Assembly (NCBI GenBank): GCA_965227435.1
Contig: CBDDGB010000002.1
Coordinates: 678,181-742,180, forward strand
Length of the DNA: 64,000 nt
Direction: 5' to 3'
DNA from: Halioglobus sp.
GTDB taxonomy: Bacteria; Pseudomonadota; Gammaproteobacteria; Pseudomonadales; Halieaceae
Shown: positions 1-9,522 of the stretch, piece after piece
How the letters are laid out: every line of letters starts with the position of its first letter
Numbering within the stretch: the first letter of the stretch is position 1
Translations under genes and position numbers: made by a program
Notes under the pieces: generated by a model
Databases searched by the model: none
What the model was told of the DNA's origin: nothing
What the model saw: the letters and a program-made list of their open reading frames with translations, nothing else

Positions 1-395
1 GCACTTGCGAGACATGCGACCGCATTCGTCGATGTTCTACTCGCGCGCGATAGCAGGACCCGAGCCGCGATAGATCTTCACGGAGCCGTCAGGGACGCGC
101 CGAAGGAATGGCGCGAGACTCCGCAGGAGGCTCGCAACTGACTGAGGGCACCGCGGAGCGGCGCGGACAGCGTAGTGAAGAACTATCGCGGGTCGGGGCC
201 GGAGGGGCTAAAGAAACAAACACTGGCTCTAAACGCCAAAAGCCGCCAGGTCCACGCCAGCGAAGAGAAGACGATGACTCCATGCCGCGGGGCGAGAATC
301 AGGCACTGTACACACCGTCAGGACCGCCGATATTTAATTTGCGGGCGCGACTCTATACACTGACCAACTCTTCACGCAAAGAATAAGGCAAACCC

Positions 396-1502
396 ATGAA
401 GACACGCGCGGCAGTTGCATTCGAGGCGGGCAAGCCTCTGGAAATCGTTGAAGTGGATCTTGAGGGTCCGCGTGCGGGCGAGGTGTTGGTTGAGATCAAG
501 GCCACCGGCATCTGCCACACCGATGCGTTCACGTTGTCGGGCGATGACCCCGAAGGTGCATTCCCCGCTATCCTCGGCCACGAAGGCGCAGGTGTGGTGG
601 TCGAAGTTGGCCCCGGCGTTACCTCTGTAGAGCCCGGCGATCACGTCATCCCGCTGTATACGCCGGAGTGTCGCGAGTGCAATTTCTGCCTCAACCCGAA
701 GACCAACCTGTGCCAGGCGATCCGCACAACCCAGGGCGAAGGCGTGATGCCCGATGGTTCCAGCCGCTTTTCGCTCGACGGTAAGCCGATCCTGCACTAC
801 ATGGGCTGTTCCACGTTCTCCAACTACACGGTGCTGCCGGAAATCGCCGTCGCGAAAGTGCGCAAGGACGCACCCTTTGACAAGATCTGTTACATCGGCT
901 GCGGCGTCACAACGGGCATCGGTGCCGTTACCTTCACCATGGACGTTGAGCCAGGCGCCACAGTCGCAGTATGGGGGCTTGGCGGTATCGGCCTGAACGT
1001 CATCCAGGGCGCCAAACTCGTGGGTGCATCGCGCATCATCGGCGTGGATATCAATCCCGCGAAGGTGGAACTCGCCAAACAGTTCGGCATGACGGATTTC
1101 GTGAATCCAAAAGAGGTCGACGATGTGGTCGGACACCTGGTCGAGATTACCGGCGGCGGCCTCGACTACACCTTCGAGTGCATCGGCAACGTCACCACGA
1201 TGCGCCAGGCGCTGGAGGCCTGTCACAAGGGCTGGGGCGAGAGCTGCATTATTGGCGTGGCGGGCGCCGGCCAGGAAATTTCCACCCGTCCCTTCCAACT
1301 GGTCACCGGCCGCTCCTGGAAAGGTACAGCATTCGGCGGCGCGCGCGGGCGCACCGATGTACCCAAGATCGTCGATTGGTACATGGACGGCCGCATCAAC
1401 ATCGACGACCTCATTACGCACACCATGCCGCTCGATGACATCAACAAGGCGTTTGACCTGATGCATGCAGGCGAAAGCATCCGCTCGGTCGTTCTTTACT
1501 GA
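396..1502 (+). CDS. frmA: S-(hydroxymethyl)glutathione dehydrogenase / class III alcohol dehydrogenase
   Basis: GICHTD, GHEG, structural Zn CRECNFC...C, GCGVTTG, GLGGIG; coupled to the hydrolase by a TGATG overlap. Confidence 0.96.
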   Translation: MKTRAAVAFEAGKPLEIVEVDLEGPRAGEVLVEIKATGICHTDAFTLSGDDPEGAFPAILGHEGAGVVVEVGPGVTSVEPGDHVIPLYTPECRECNFCLNPKTNLCQAIRTTQGEGVMPDGSSRFSLDGKPILHYMGCSTFSNYTVLPEIAVAKVRKDAPFDKICYIGCGVTTGIGAVTFTMDVEPGATVAVWGLGGIGLNVIQGAKLVGASRIIGVDINPAKVELAKQFGMTDFVNPKEVDDVVGHLVEITGGGLDYTFECIGNVTTMRQALEACHKGWGESCIIGVAGAGQEISTRPFQLVTGRSWKGTAFGGARGRTDVPKIVDWYMDGRINIDDLITHTMPLDDINKAFDLMHAGESIRSVVLY

Positions 1503-2335
1503 TGGAGAAGGTCAGCGAAATCGCCTGCTTCGGCGGGCGCCAGTTGCGCTATGCGCATCATTCCGAAGCGCTGTCCTCTGACATGCACTTTGCCGTGTAC
1601 CTGCCGCCGCAGGCCGAGAGCGGTGCAGTGCCGGTACTGTACTGGCTGTCGGGACTGACGTGCACCGATGAGAACTTTACCACCAAGGCCGGTGCGCAGC
1701 GGTACGCCGCCGAATATGGCATCGCCATCGTGGCACCAGACACCAGCCCCCGCGGTGACGATGTACCCGATGATCCGGAGGGCGCCTATGACTTCGGCCT
1801 GGGTGCGGGGTTCTACGTCAACGCTACCGAGGCGCCTTGGTCCAAGCACTACCACATGTACGACTACGTGGCTGAAGAGTTGCCGGCACTGGTGAACGGG
1901 GCCCTACCGCTAGACCCAACGCGCACCGGGATCAGCGGCCACTCCATGGGGGGGCACGGCGCCATTACGCTGGGGCTAAACAATCCCGAGCGCTACAAGA
2001 GCATCTCGGCATTTGCTCCCATCTCCTCACCCATGAATTGCCCATGGGGCGAGAAGGCACTCGGCAACTATCTCGGGTCGGATCGCGAACACTGGAAGAA
2101 GCACGACAGCGCGGAGTGTGTTCGCAGTGCAGCGAAACAGCTACCCTTATTGGTTGACCAGGGTGATGCCGACGGTTTTCTCGAAGAACAGTTGAAGCCG
2201 GAGCTACTGGCCTCGGCCTGCGCCGATGCCGACTATGCCGCAACGCTGCGCAGCCAGCCGGGCTATGACCACAGCTACTACTTTATCGCAAGCTTCATTG
2301 GCGACCACATCGCGTTTCACGCAGCGCACCTGTAG
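1502..2335 (+). CDS. fghA: S-formylglutathione hydrolase
   Basis: LYWLSGLTCTDENF, GHSMGGHG nucleophile elbow, GYDHSYYF; directly follows frmA. Confidence 0.95.
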   Translation: MEKVSEIACFGGRQLRYAHHSEALSSDMHFAVYLPPQAESGAVPVLYWLSGLTCTDENFTTKAGAQRYAAEYGIAIVAPDTSPRGDDVPDDPEGAYDFGLGAGFYVNATEAPWSKHYHMYDYVAEELPALVNGALPLDPTRTGISGHSMGGHGAITLGLNNPERYKSISAFAPISSPMNCPWGEKALGNYLGSDREHWKKHDSAECVRSAAKQLPLLVDQGDADGFLEEQLKPELLASACADADYAATLRSQPGYDHSYYFIASFIGDHIAFHAAHL

Positions 2336-2374
2336 TTCAAAACGTAAATTCAAAACATAAGTTCAGAACATAAG
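2336..2374. repeat. Three imperfect 13-bp AT-rich tandem repeats
   Basis: TTCAAAACGTAAA / TTCAAAACATAAG / TTCAGAACATAAG between convergent genes. Confidence 0.8.
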
Positions 2375-2388
2375 CGCAAAAACACGCG

Positions 2389-2913
2389 TCAGGGCTTCCA
2401 GTCTCGCTGCTCAATATGGCCGGGGCCGGACGCCTGCTTGCGCTTGATCGCCTGGTCACCGAGCCACTCAAACCACTCGCCCCAGGATGGCTGGTTCTGT
2501 TCAACACGCAGGTCCTCGTTCCACTGCCTGAGCTTGCGGCACATCGTCGAGACAATACCGCCCGCAAGGTCAAGCACGAGGTCCATCGGCGCAATCCGCT
2601 TGTAAACCAACAGGCCCATCGTCTCAAAGGACGTACAGAGCGTGATCGCAGCCTTCTCCACCTCCGGCCCGCGTGCCCGAATCTCCTCGAGCGTGATGCC
2701 GTCCGGCAGTGGCTGCAGTATTGCCATCGCCTGCGCGAGTTCATCGCTGTAGAAGGTCTGTGCAAGGTTAATGGCTACCGCGTCACGTTGCTGGCGCCGG
2801 AGGTGCCGAATCTGCACCCACCCCACAATAAGACCGGTAATGATACTGCCCGCACCAATGATCTCGGCGAGGGCTGCCCAGGTTCCCAGGCTGATTTCAC
2901 CCATGTCACGCAC
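2389..2913 (-). CDS. Hypothetical protein with N-terminal TM helix (DUF4760-like)
   Basis: Hydrophobic N-terminus, FETMGLLVYKRI and WFEWL motifs; fills the gap between genes. Confidence 0.6.
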   Translation of the reverse strand: MRDMGEISLGTWAALAEIIGAGSIITGLIVGWVQIRHLRRQQRDAVAINLAQTFYSDELAQAMAILQPLPDGITLEEIRARGPEVEKAAITLCTSFETMGLLVYKRIAPMDLVLDLAGGIVSTMCRKLRQWNEDLRVEQNQPSWGEWFEWLGDQAIKRKQASGPGHIEQRDWKP

Positions 2914-3050
2914 TCCCTGCGCCCGTCATTTTGTTATCGGCGCGGTGTTGTTACAGAGTATCCCACCGTGCGCCAAGCGCTCGCAAGCGCGGCGCTTTAC
3001 ACGCGCGTCCCGCGACACTACGCTCATGGCAGCCCCGTAAGGAGATGCCC

Positions 3051-4073
3051 ATGAACAACCCACTGATGCAGCGCCGCGAAGTGCTGGCGCACCTCACCAC
3101 TCTCGGCGTGTTAAGCGTGCTTCCCGCGCCGGTACTGGCACAGATCATTACGAAGACGCCAGGCGAGAGCCCCTTCGGCGGCAACTCGACGGCCGAGGAG
3201 GTAACGGAGGGTCTCGACCTGACCGGCATGACCATGGCGATTACGGGCTGCAACTCCGGCCTCGGCTTCGAAACAATGCGTGTGCTTGCCATGCGCGGCG
3301 CACACGTGATCGGCATCGCTCGCACCCAGGAGAAAGCTGAAGTCGCCTGCGACAGTGTGGACGGCAGAACCACCCCGGCGTTCTGCGATCTCGCCGACTG
3401 GGCATCCGTTGTCGACTGCGCCGATACGATTCGCGCGATGGACGTACCGCTCGATGCATTGATCACCAACGCCGGCATCATGGCGCTGCAAGAGCTAGAG
3501 TTAGTGAACGGCGTGGAAAAGCAGTTCGCCGTGAATCACCTGGGCCACTTCGTGCTCATTAACCAGCTGCGCGACACGGTACTCGCCGCGCCGCAGGGTC
3601 GCTTCGTCGTGTTGAGTTCCATGGCCCACAACGCCGCGGAAGACGGCATCGAGTTCGACAACCTCGATGGCAGCCAGGGTTATGCGCCATGGCGGGCGTA
3701 CGGTGTATCCAAACTGGCTAACGCGCTTTGCGCGCGTGAACTCGCAGCGCAAATCTCCGACACCAACGCGACGGCAAACAGCCTCCACCCCGGCGTAATA
3801 GAAACCAACCTGGGCCGGCATATGCCGTGGTACGTTCGCTGGGGAGCCGCCCTGTTCGGCTGGACGTTTATGAAGAGCATCCCCGAGGGCGCCGCCACGA
3901 CCTGCTATGTAGCCACTAACCCCGAACTCGAGGGGGTAAGGGGTTTCTATTTCGACGACTGCAACGTGGGCGAAGGAACCGAGTACCTCACTGATGACGC
4001 CATGGCAGCGAAGCTATGGCAGGTGTCGGAAGAACTGACGCGCGACTACCTCCCAGCAACGCAAAACGTCTAG
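3051..4073 (+). CDS. SDR oxidoreductase (retinol dehydrogenase/WWOX-like) with Tat-like leader
   Basis: TGCNSGLG, NAGIM, VNHLGHF, YGVSK, HPGVIETNL; AAGGAG RBS before ATG 3051 (ORF-track start 2931 is too long). Confidence 0.88.
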   Translation: MNNPLMQRREVLAHLTTLGVLSVLPAPVLAQIITKTPGESPFGGNSTAEEVTEGLDLTGMTMAITGCNSGLGFETMRVLAMRGAHVIGIARTQEKAEVACDSVDGRTTPAFCDLADWASVVDCADTIRAMDVPLDALITNAGIMALQELELVNGVEKQFAVNHLGHFVLINQLRDTVLAAPQGRFVVLSSMAHNAAEDGIEFDNLDGSQGYAPWRAYGVSKLANALCARELAAQISDTNATANSLHPGVIETNLGRHMPWYVRWGAALFGWTFMKSIPEGAATTCYVATNPELEGVRGFYFDDCNVGEGTEYLTDDAMAAKLWQVSEELTRDYLPATQNV

Positions 4074-5311
4074 CTGACCCCAAGCTCGCGCAGCTGGTTG
4101 CGCAACCAGGAAGACAGCCAGAAGTTCTCGCTCGAGGCCAGCAGGCGCTCGTGCGCGTTGCGCAGTGCGGCATTGACGCGTGGGTCATCGGAAGGCAGAA
4201 GATCCAGCAGGTGTAGCGCCTCTTCGAGCTTACCCGCGTCAAGCTTTTCCTCCGCCCGCGTCACCACCGCCTCGGCACCGCCCGCCAGTTCCACGAGGTC
4301 TGCGTGCACCGCACTCTGCGGCACTGCGTAGAGCTCGGTGGTCGAGCGATGCTTGAACCAACCCGCGTAGTTTTCCCAGATGGCACGCACACTCCAGGAC
4401 ACCTTGCCGTAGCCCTGACCCACTTCAAACTCAGGTGGTAGTGCGATCTCCGCCATCAGGGTATGCAGGTCCTTGCCCGCGTTCATACCCGCCACCGTCG
4501 CATCGTGAACGTGCAGAATCGCGCCGTGTAAAGCGGCGAGTTCAGACTGGATAAGTTCGGCGCCGTGCACGGGACCATGGTGACCGTAGAGAATCGATTC
4601 CGGCTCGAGCGCGCGCACACACTCAACGGCAGCCGCCACGGTAAGCGCATCGCGATAGCGATCTCCGCGAATCGTAACGAGGTTAGGGAAATGACCGAAG
4701 GGACAACCAAACAGGTTGCCGGTGAGGCAGATGCGATGCTGCGGGAGCCAGACTATAAGTGAGTCATTAGTTTCTGCACCGGGGACCGCGATGAGCTCAA
4801 CCTCGAGCCCGCCCAACGTAAAACGGTATTCGCCCTCAAAAAGTATGTCAGGCGTTGGTACATCCTGGTCGGGATAGTCCGTGTAGCCGGCCGCGCCGTA
4901 CTGCTCGAACGCGGCGCCGAACTTTTCAGTGAAGGCAAACGCGGAACGGCTCGCGCGAAACGGCGCAAGGCGCGCATCGTACTCCTGGTGCGCAGGATTC
5001 TCCGCCGTAGCAATCACCTTGAGGCCCGGGTGCTGCTCACGCAGCCAGGCCGTACCGCCCACGTGATCGACGTGGCCCTGGGTAAACACGAGGTAGCGCA
5101 CGGGCGCGTCGTTGAAGCTGTCAAAGTTCTGCTTGATCACGGGCGCCTCGATACCCATGCCGGCGTTCACCTGTATGTTGCCCTCGGGCGTTTCAATAAG
5201 GTACGCGTTGGAAAAAGCCTCCGACAACACGATGAAGTCGTTGATGCGCTCACCCCCAAATGCGGCGGGTTGCGGCTCGACGGGACGGCTCTTGTACAAA
5301 GGTGTTCTCAT
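4070..5311 (-). CDS. MBL-fold metallo-hydrolase, alkyl/aryl-sulfatase-like
   Basis: TQGHVDHVGG, GAETND, GHHGP, GQGYGKVSWSVRAIWENYAGWF (resembles the alkylsulfatase dimerisation region). Confidence 0.82.
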   Translation of the reverse strand: MRTPLYKSRPVEPQPAAFGGERINDFIVLSEAFSNAYLIETPEGNIQVNAGMGIEAPVIKQNFDSFNDAPVRYLVFTQGHVDHVGGTAWLREQHPGLKVIATAENPAHQEYDARLAPFRASRSAFAFTEKFGAAFEQYGAAGYTDYPDQDVPTPDILFEGEYRFTLGGLEVELIAVPGAETNDSLIVWLPQHRICLTGNLFGCPFGHFPNLVTIRGDRYRDALTVAAAVECVRALEPESILYGHHGPVHGAELIQSELAALHGAILHVHDATVAGMNAGKDLHTLMAEIALPPEFEVGQGYGKVSWSVRAIWENYAGWFKHRSTTELYAVPQSAVHADLVELAGGAEAVVTRAEEKLDAGKLEEALHLLDLLPSDDPRVNAALRNAHERLLASSENFWLSSWLRNQLRELGVS

Positions 5312-5325
5312 GGGAAGTCCCTGGG

Positions 5326-6594
5326 TCAGCGCACTTCCACCTGTACGGGGAAGCGATCGAAATAGAAATTGAAACGTTCACGGAGCGCGTCTGGCTCAAC
5401 GCCAAAGTCACCGCGCAGGTCGTAAACCACCTGGCCATGTTTGCCGCGTGGGTGCGCTGCTACAAAGCCCTCGAGTTCACCGCGGGCCGCTCCCGTAAGC
5501 TCAAGACCTGCCCGCTCGTAGATGCGCTCCACCATCGCCATGTCATCTGCCATAAATTCGTGGAACAACACGTCGATGCTCTGCTCGGGCGCTAGCAGGT
5601 CACGGTCGCGCACACAGGCCTCAAGCAGGCGCACCACGCGATCGCTCCAGTACTCGATCAGTCCTTCAAGGTCGACCCTCTCACGATTCAGCCGCTGGCC
5701 GTAGGCGAGCATCGTGGCGGCGGACTGTATGACGGAAACAGGATCACGATGCGTAATCGCAATAGTGGATTCGGGGAACACGCTGTGCAGCACCGGCAAC
5801 TGCTCAAGATGCTGGGGGCACTTCAGCACCCAACGCGTGTTTTCGCCGGTAAGGTCGCCGTCCTGCCAGGTGAGTATCTTCATCACCGTTTTCATGTAGT
5901 TGTAATGTGGCGTCTGGTCGGTAGACAGGTAGTGGTCGCGCCAGCGCGGTGACATCGACAGCCACTCATAGTTGTAAGACGCAAAATCGGGCCCCATGAG
6001 CTCCAACTCCTCGTGGATATGGTCGGGGTTCATGGGGTGCATTGCGGCGAGCAGGGGCGACATACCCTGCATCATCTGCCAGGTGTCTTCACAGCGCTGC
6101 CAGCGCGGGTCGATACCCTCTGCGGAGACGCCCTCCCCCGGTCGCGGCACAGGCTCGTAAGACTCCCAGAGCGGCAGCGAGCGGAAGCGGGTGTCGGCGC
6201 CCATAAGGTTCAACAGGTGCGTGGTGCCGGAACGCGGCAGCCCCGCGACAATAATGGGCGCGTGGACTTCGATATCGTGAATGGCGGGGTGGCGCTTGAG
6301 CGTGTCCTGTATGAGGAGCCGGCTGCTCGCGTGCTGCAGCAGCTTGTTGCGCAATGTAAGACGACCGATGTTCCGCAGGCCAGCGTCGCCGTTCCATTCA
6401 TCACAGAGCAGGCCAAGGCGCTCGAGGAAATCCTCCGGCCCGAAGTCTTGAAGACCGGTCTGCTGGGCAGCTTCTTCAAGGACACTCTGCACACTGAGGT
6501 CGACATCAAGCGTCTGCGTGAACTCAATCGCGGCGCGCTGCTGCTCTGTCAGTTCGGGCTCGGCGAGGTCTGTTATGCGTATTTTTTCTGCCAT
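5326..6594 (-). CDS. Sulfotransferase family protein
   Basis: 5'-PSB GLPRSGTTHL, WVLKCPQH, 3'-PB THRDPVSVIQS. Confidence 0.9.
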   Translation of the reverse strand: MAEKIRITDLAEPELTEQQRAAIEFTQTLDVDLSVQSVLEEAAQQTGLQDFGPEDFLERLGLLCDEWNGDAGLRNIGRLTLRNKLLQHASSRLLIQDTLKRHPAIHDIEVHAPIIVAGLPRSGTTHLLNLMGADTRFRSLPLWESYEPVPRPGEGVSAEGIDPRWQRCEDTWQMMQGMSPLLAAMHPMNPDHIHEELELMGPDFASYNYEWLSMSPRWRDHYLSTDQTPHYNYMKTVMKILTWQDGDLTGENTRWVLKCPQHLEQLPVLHSVFPESTIAITHRDPVSVIQSAATMLAYGQRLNRERVDLEGLIEYWSDRVVRLLEACVRDRDLLAPEQSIDVLFHEFMADDMAMVERIYERAGLELTGAARGELEGFVAAHPRGKHGQVVYDLRGDFGVEPDALRERFNFYFDRFPVQVEVR

Positions 6595-6636
6595 GATATT
6601 CCGCCGTGTCGGGCACGTGCCCGCGGGAGAAACGCA

Positions 6637-6666
6637 ATATTAATACGTATGTATTAACTTTGTAAA
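6637..6666 (-). promoter_or_regulatory. Sigma70-like promoter containing palindromic operator TTAATAC-N4-GTATTAA
   Basis: Minus strand TTTACA-N18-TAATAT; perfect 7-4-7 inverted repeat at 6640-6657. Confidence 0.7.
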
Positions 6667-6784
6667 GCCCTGCTCGCGCAATGATTGTGAGGCTCCGGGC
6701 ATACTCACCCTTTCCGGTACTAGCCCGCGCACCCAATCGGCTGTTAGCATGACCCGCCCACTTCGAATAACGGTGGCGATCACG

Positions 6785-7294
6785 ATGTTTGAGCGCAACA
6801 AGAACAAACCGGCTCCCGAACCCCCGAAGGCGCCGGCCTCCCCACCCCCCATTCCAGAGACAACCAGTACTGCCAGCGCGAGGAGCACTGCCATGATAGG
6901 ACCGAGTATTACGATCAAGGGCGAAGTTACCGGCGAGGAAGACCTGCTCATACAGGGCACGGTGGAAGGCACGGTCAACCTCGGCAACAATGAGGTGACC
7001 GTGGGCGATTCCGGCAAGGTGCACGCCGACGTCAAGGCGAAGAACATTCGCATCGACGGCGAAGTCACCGGTGATATCGACGGCGGCGAGAAGGTTGTCA
7101 TCTCTCGCTCGGGTAACGTTAAGGGCAACATCGTTGCGCCTCGCGTCACGCTGGAAGACGGTGCGATCTTCAAGGGCAGCATCGACATGGACCCGGGCGG
7201 CGCCTCCGACAAGGTCGGCATCACCGACAAGCAACCGGCCAACTCGCCGTCAGCGGAACCCGATGCGCCGGGACTGGACCTGAAGAGCGGCTGA
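6785..7294 (+). CDS. Bactofilin (polymer-forming cytoskeletal protein)
   Basis: IGPSITIKGEV...LLIQGTVEG...IRIDGEVTGDI...GNVKGNIVAPRVTLEDGAIFKGSIDM; Pro-rich N-terminus; start uncertain (6749 or 6785). Confidence 0.93.
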   Translation: MFERNKNKPAPEPPKAPASPPPIPETTSTASARSTAMIGPSITIKGEVTGEEDLLIQGTVEGTVNLGNNEVTVGDSGKVHADVKAKNIRIDGEVTGDIDGGEKVVISRSGNVKGNIVAPRVTLEDGAIFKGSIDMDPGGASDKVGITDKQPANSPSAEPDAPGLDLKSG

Positions 7295-7304
7295 GTCAGC
7301 ATCT

Positions 7305-7928
7305 ATGGCATCACTCGCGGCGGCCCGTCAGTCTGGCAACCCGATTACCACACAAGACTCCAAGATCCTGCCCGGCCTGGTTGCCGGGCTGGACGAGGAC
7401 AGCCGCCTGTCTGTGCTGCACGTGGGTCCTGCGTGTAGCGATACACTGGACTTCTTCGCCGGCTTTCGCAGCCGACTCTACATCACCGACGCCTTTACAG
7501 AACTACCGCTCAAGTCACCGGAAGACGCGGAGCTGAGTTACTTCGATCAGTGGCGCGAAATCCTGCAGCTGCCTGAGTCGGCCCAGTATGACCTTTGTCT
7601 CTTTTGGGATTTGTTCAACTTTCTCTCGCCTGACGCGCTCGCCGCGTTTTCACAGGTACTGGCACCGCACCTGCACCGCGAAACACGCGGCCACGCTTTC
7701 TCGGTGCACAACCCGCGCCATTCTCTTCAAAACTGCCTCTACGGTATTCGCGACGCCAACACGCTGAGCGCAAGACCACGGCAGCACGTACCTGAAGGCT
7801 ATGCGCCGCTCAGCCAGCGCCAGCTAAGTGAAGCCCTCGGCTGCTTCGCCATCGAACGCAGCGTGCTGCTGGCAGACAGCCGGCTCGAGCTGTCACTGCG
7901 GGCAAAAGGGCCCGCACAGAACTCCTAG
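7305..7928 (+). CDS. Hypothetical protein, possibly degenerate SAM-methyltransferase fold
   Basis: VLHVGP and YDLCLFWDLFNFL segments; 10 bp after bactofilin. Confidence 0.65.
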   Translation: MASLAAARQSGNPITTQDSKILPGLVAGLDEDSRLSVLHVGPACSDTLDFFAGFRSRLYITDAFTELPLKSPEDAELSYFDQWREILQLPESAQYDLCLFWDLFNFLSPDALAAFSQVLAPHLHRETRGHAFSVHNPRHSLQNCLYGIRDANTLSARPRQHVPEGYAPLSQRQLSEALGCFAIERSVLLADSRLELSLRAKGPAQNS

Positions 7929-8050
7929 CTCACCGCGGGGTCGAAACCCCAAGAGACAACAGTCTGCCGCCCTGGACAGCCAAACACAGCCTGGCTTCAC
8001 AATCTCGGCGCAAACCTGAAATATGCAGGCGAGTGAGCTAAAATAGCAGT

Positions 8051-8560
8051 ATGAACACGGCGGCCCGGCAACTGATGACCCTTACACTGGCGACACTTCT
8101 CGCCGGGGAGGCGACTGCCACCACGGTGTACCGCACGGTCGACGAGCACGGCGCGGTAAGCTTTTCCGACACGCCCCCGCTGCAGGCGGACATCCCCGCT
8201 GAAGAACTGCATATCGAAACAACAGGTAGCAGCGATGACAGCGGGACGGCTGAGCGACTGGAGGCAATGCGCGAAACAACCGAGCGCATGATCGCCAGCC
8301 GCATGGCACGCGAGCGGCACCGCGCAGAGCTGCGCAAACTCGATGCCGAGACCCAGCTGTCGCGGGCCGCGGTCGACCGCGACCAGGAATACGACTACTA
8401 CCCGGAGCCCGTCTACGTGGGCCCCTACCGACGTCACTACGTTGACCACAAGCCCGTGCCGCCCATCTATCGCCCCAGGCCCGAGCCACGCCGTTCCAGC
8501 TACCCCGCGTCGCTCATCCGCAAGCACTACAACCCGCAGGTGCGCCGCGTCTTCGAATAG
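8051..8560 (+). CDS. DUF4124-domain secreted protein
   Basis: Signal peptide then VYRTVDEHGAVSFSDTPP. Confidence 0.85.
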   Translation: MNTAARQLMTLTLATLLAGEATATTVYRTVDEHGAVSFSDTPPLQADIPAEELHIETTGSSDDSGTAERLEAMRETTERMIASRMARERHRAELRKLDAETQLSRAAVDRDQEYDYYPEPVYVGPYRRHYVDHKPVPPIYRPRPEPRRSSYPASLIRKHYNPQVRRVFE

Positions 8561-8597
8561 ACGAGCGGCAACCACGTTCTTTTCTTCGACCTGACGC

Positions 8598-9476
8598 ATG
8601 CGCCAGCCACGCGAGTTCACCATTGATGTCGGCGACATCGACCTTGCCATCCACGAGTGGGCTGGCGACGGCGACCCGCTGCTGCTTTTACACGCGACCG
8701 GTTTCCACGCACGCTGCTGGACGGAGGTCGTCGCACGCCTCCCCGGCCGCCACATCTATGCAGTGGACCTTCGCTACCACGGCTCCAGTGGCGCGGCCGG
8801 TGACGTCGACTGGGGCGTCATGAGCCAGGACATCCAGCGCTGCATTGAAACGCTGGACCTCAACCGCATCCTGGGTGTGGGCCATTCCATTGGCGGCTAC
8901 CTCTTGACGCGTACGGCCGCTGCCAACCCTGAACGCTTCACTCACCTGCTGCTACTGGACCCGGTCATCATGTCGCCCGAGCGTTACGCAGCGATCGGTG
9001 AGTTGCGAGAGGGTCTGTCGGCCAGCGATCATCCCGTAAGCCGGCGCCGAAACCAGTGGCGTGATGCTGACGAGATGTTCGAGCGCTTCCGCGACCGCGA
9101 ACCGTTCAACACATGGCGCAGCGAGGTGCTGCGCGACTACTGCGAGTACGCCCTCCGCCCACACAGTGAGGAAGAGTGGCAACAGCTGGCGTGTGACCCC
9201 ATCAATGAGGCCGCGATCTACATGCACCAGCGCGGCAACGACGTGTTGTACGAGCAACTTCCCAACCTGCAGCTGCCTGTCACCCTGCTGAGAGCGCCAC
9301 CCGGCGATGAAAGCGCGGGCCACAATTTCGCCAACTCCCCGACCTGGCCCAAGCTCGGTGCGGTGCTGCCCAACTGCCGCGAAACGCTGCTCGAAAACCA
9401 TAACCACTTCATCCCCATGCAGGACCCGGACCTCGTGGCGCGCCAGATTGAGGAGATCGCCGAGGCTGGCGCTTAA
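8598..9476 (+). CDS. Alpha/beta hydrolase
   Basis: LLHATGFH, DLRYHG, GHSIGG, NHFIPM. Confidence 0.9.
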   Translation: MRQPREFTIDVGDIDLAIHEWAGDGDPLLLLHATGFHARCWTEVVARLPGRHIYAVDLRYHGSSGAAGDVDWGVMSQDIQRCIETLDLNRILGVGHSIGGYLLTRTAAANPERFTHLLLLDPVIMSPERYAAIGELREGLSASDHPVSRRRNQWRDADEMFERFRDREPFNTWRSEVLRDYCEYALRPHSEEEWQQLACDPINEAAIYMHQRGNDVLYEQLPNLQLPVTLLRAPPGDESAGHNFANSPTWPKLGAVLPNCRETLLENHNHFIPMQDPDLVARQIEEIAEAGA

Positions 9477-9522
9477 GCGCTGGCTGGATATACTGGGCCT
9501 CCCGCCGTACCGGAACGCCCCC

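Noticed and set aside
1-141. Open + frame from the window edge (ALARHATAF...PQEARN*), possibly the 3' end of a gene
   Set aside because: No recognisable motif; cannot be supported without upstream sequence.
372-1466. Long antisense or alternate-frame ORFs (also 2416-3054, 20392-21573, 26531-28309, 41702-42871, 54029-55057)
   Set aside because: They shadow well-supported genes, lack motifs, and are expected with high-GC codon bias.
2336-2374. CRISPR array
   Set aside because: The repeats are 13 bp, contiguous, without spacers or cas genes.
6610-6623. Perfect palindrome CGGGCACGTGCCCG
   Set aside because: GC-rich, single copy, no second instance seen; plausible by chance.
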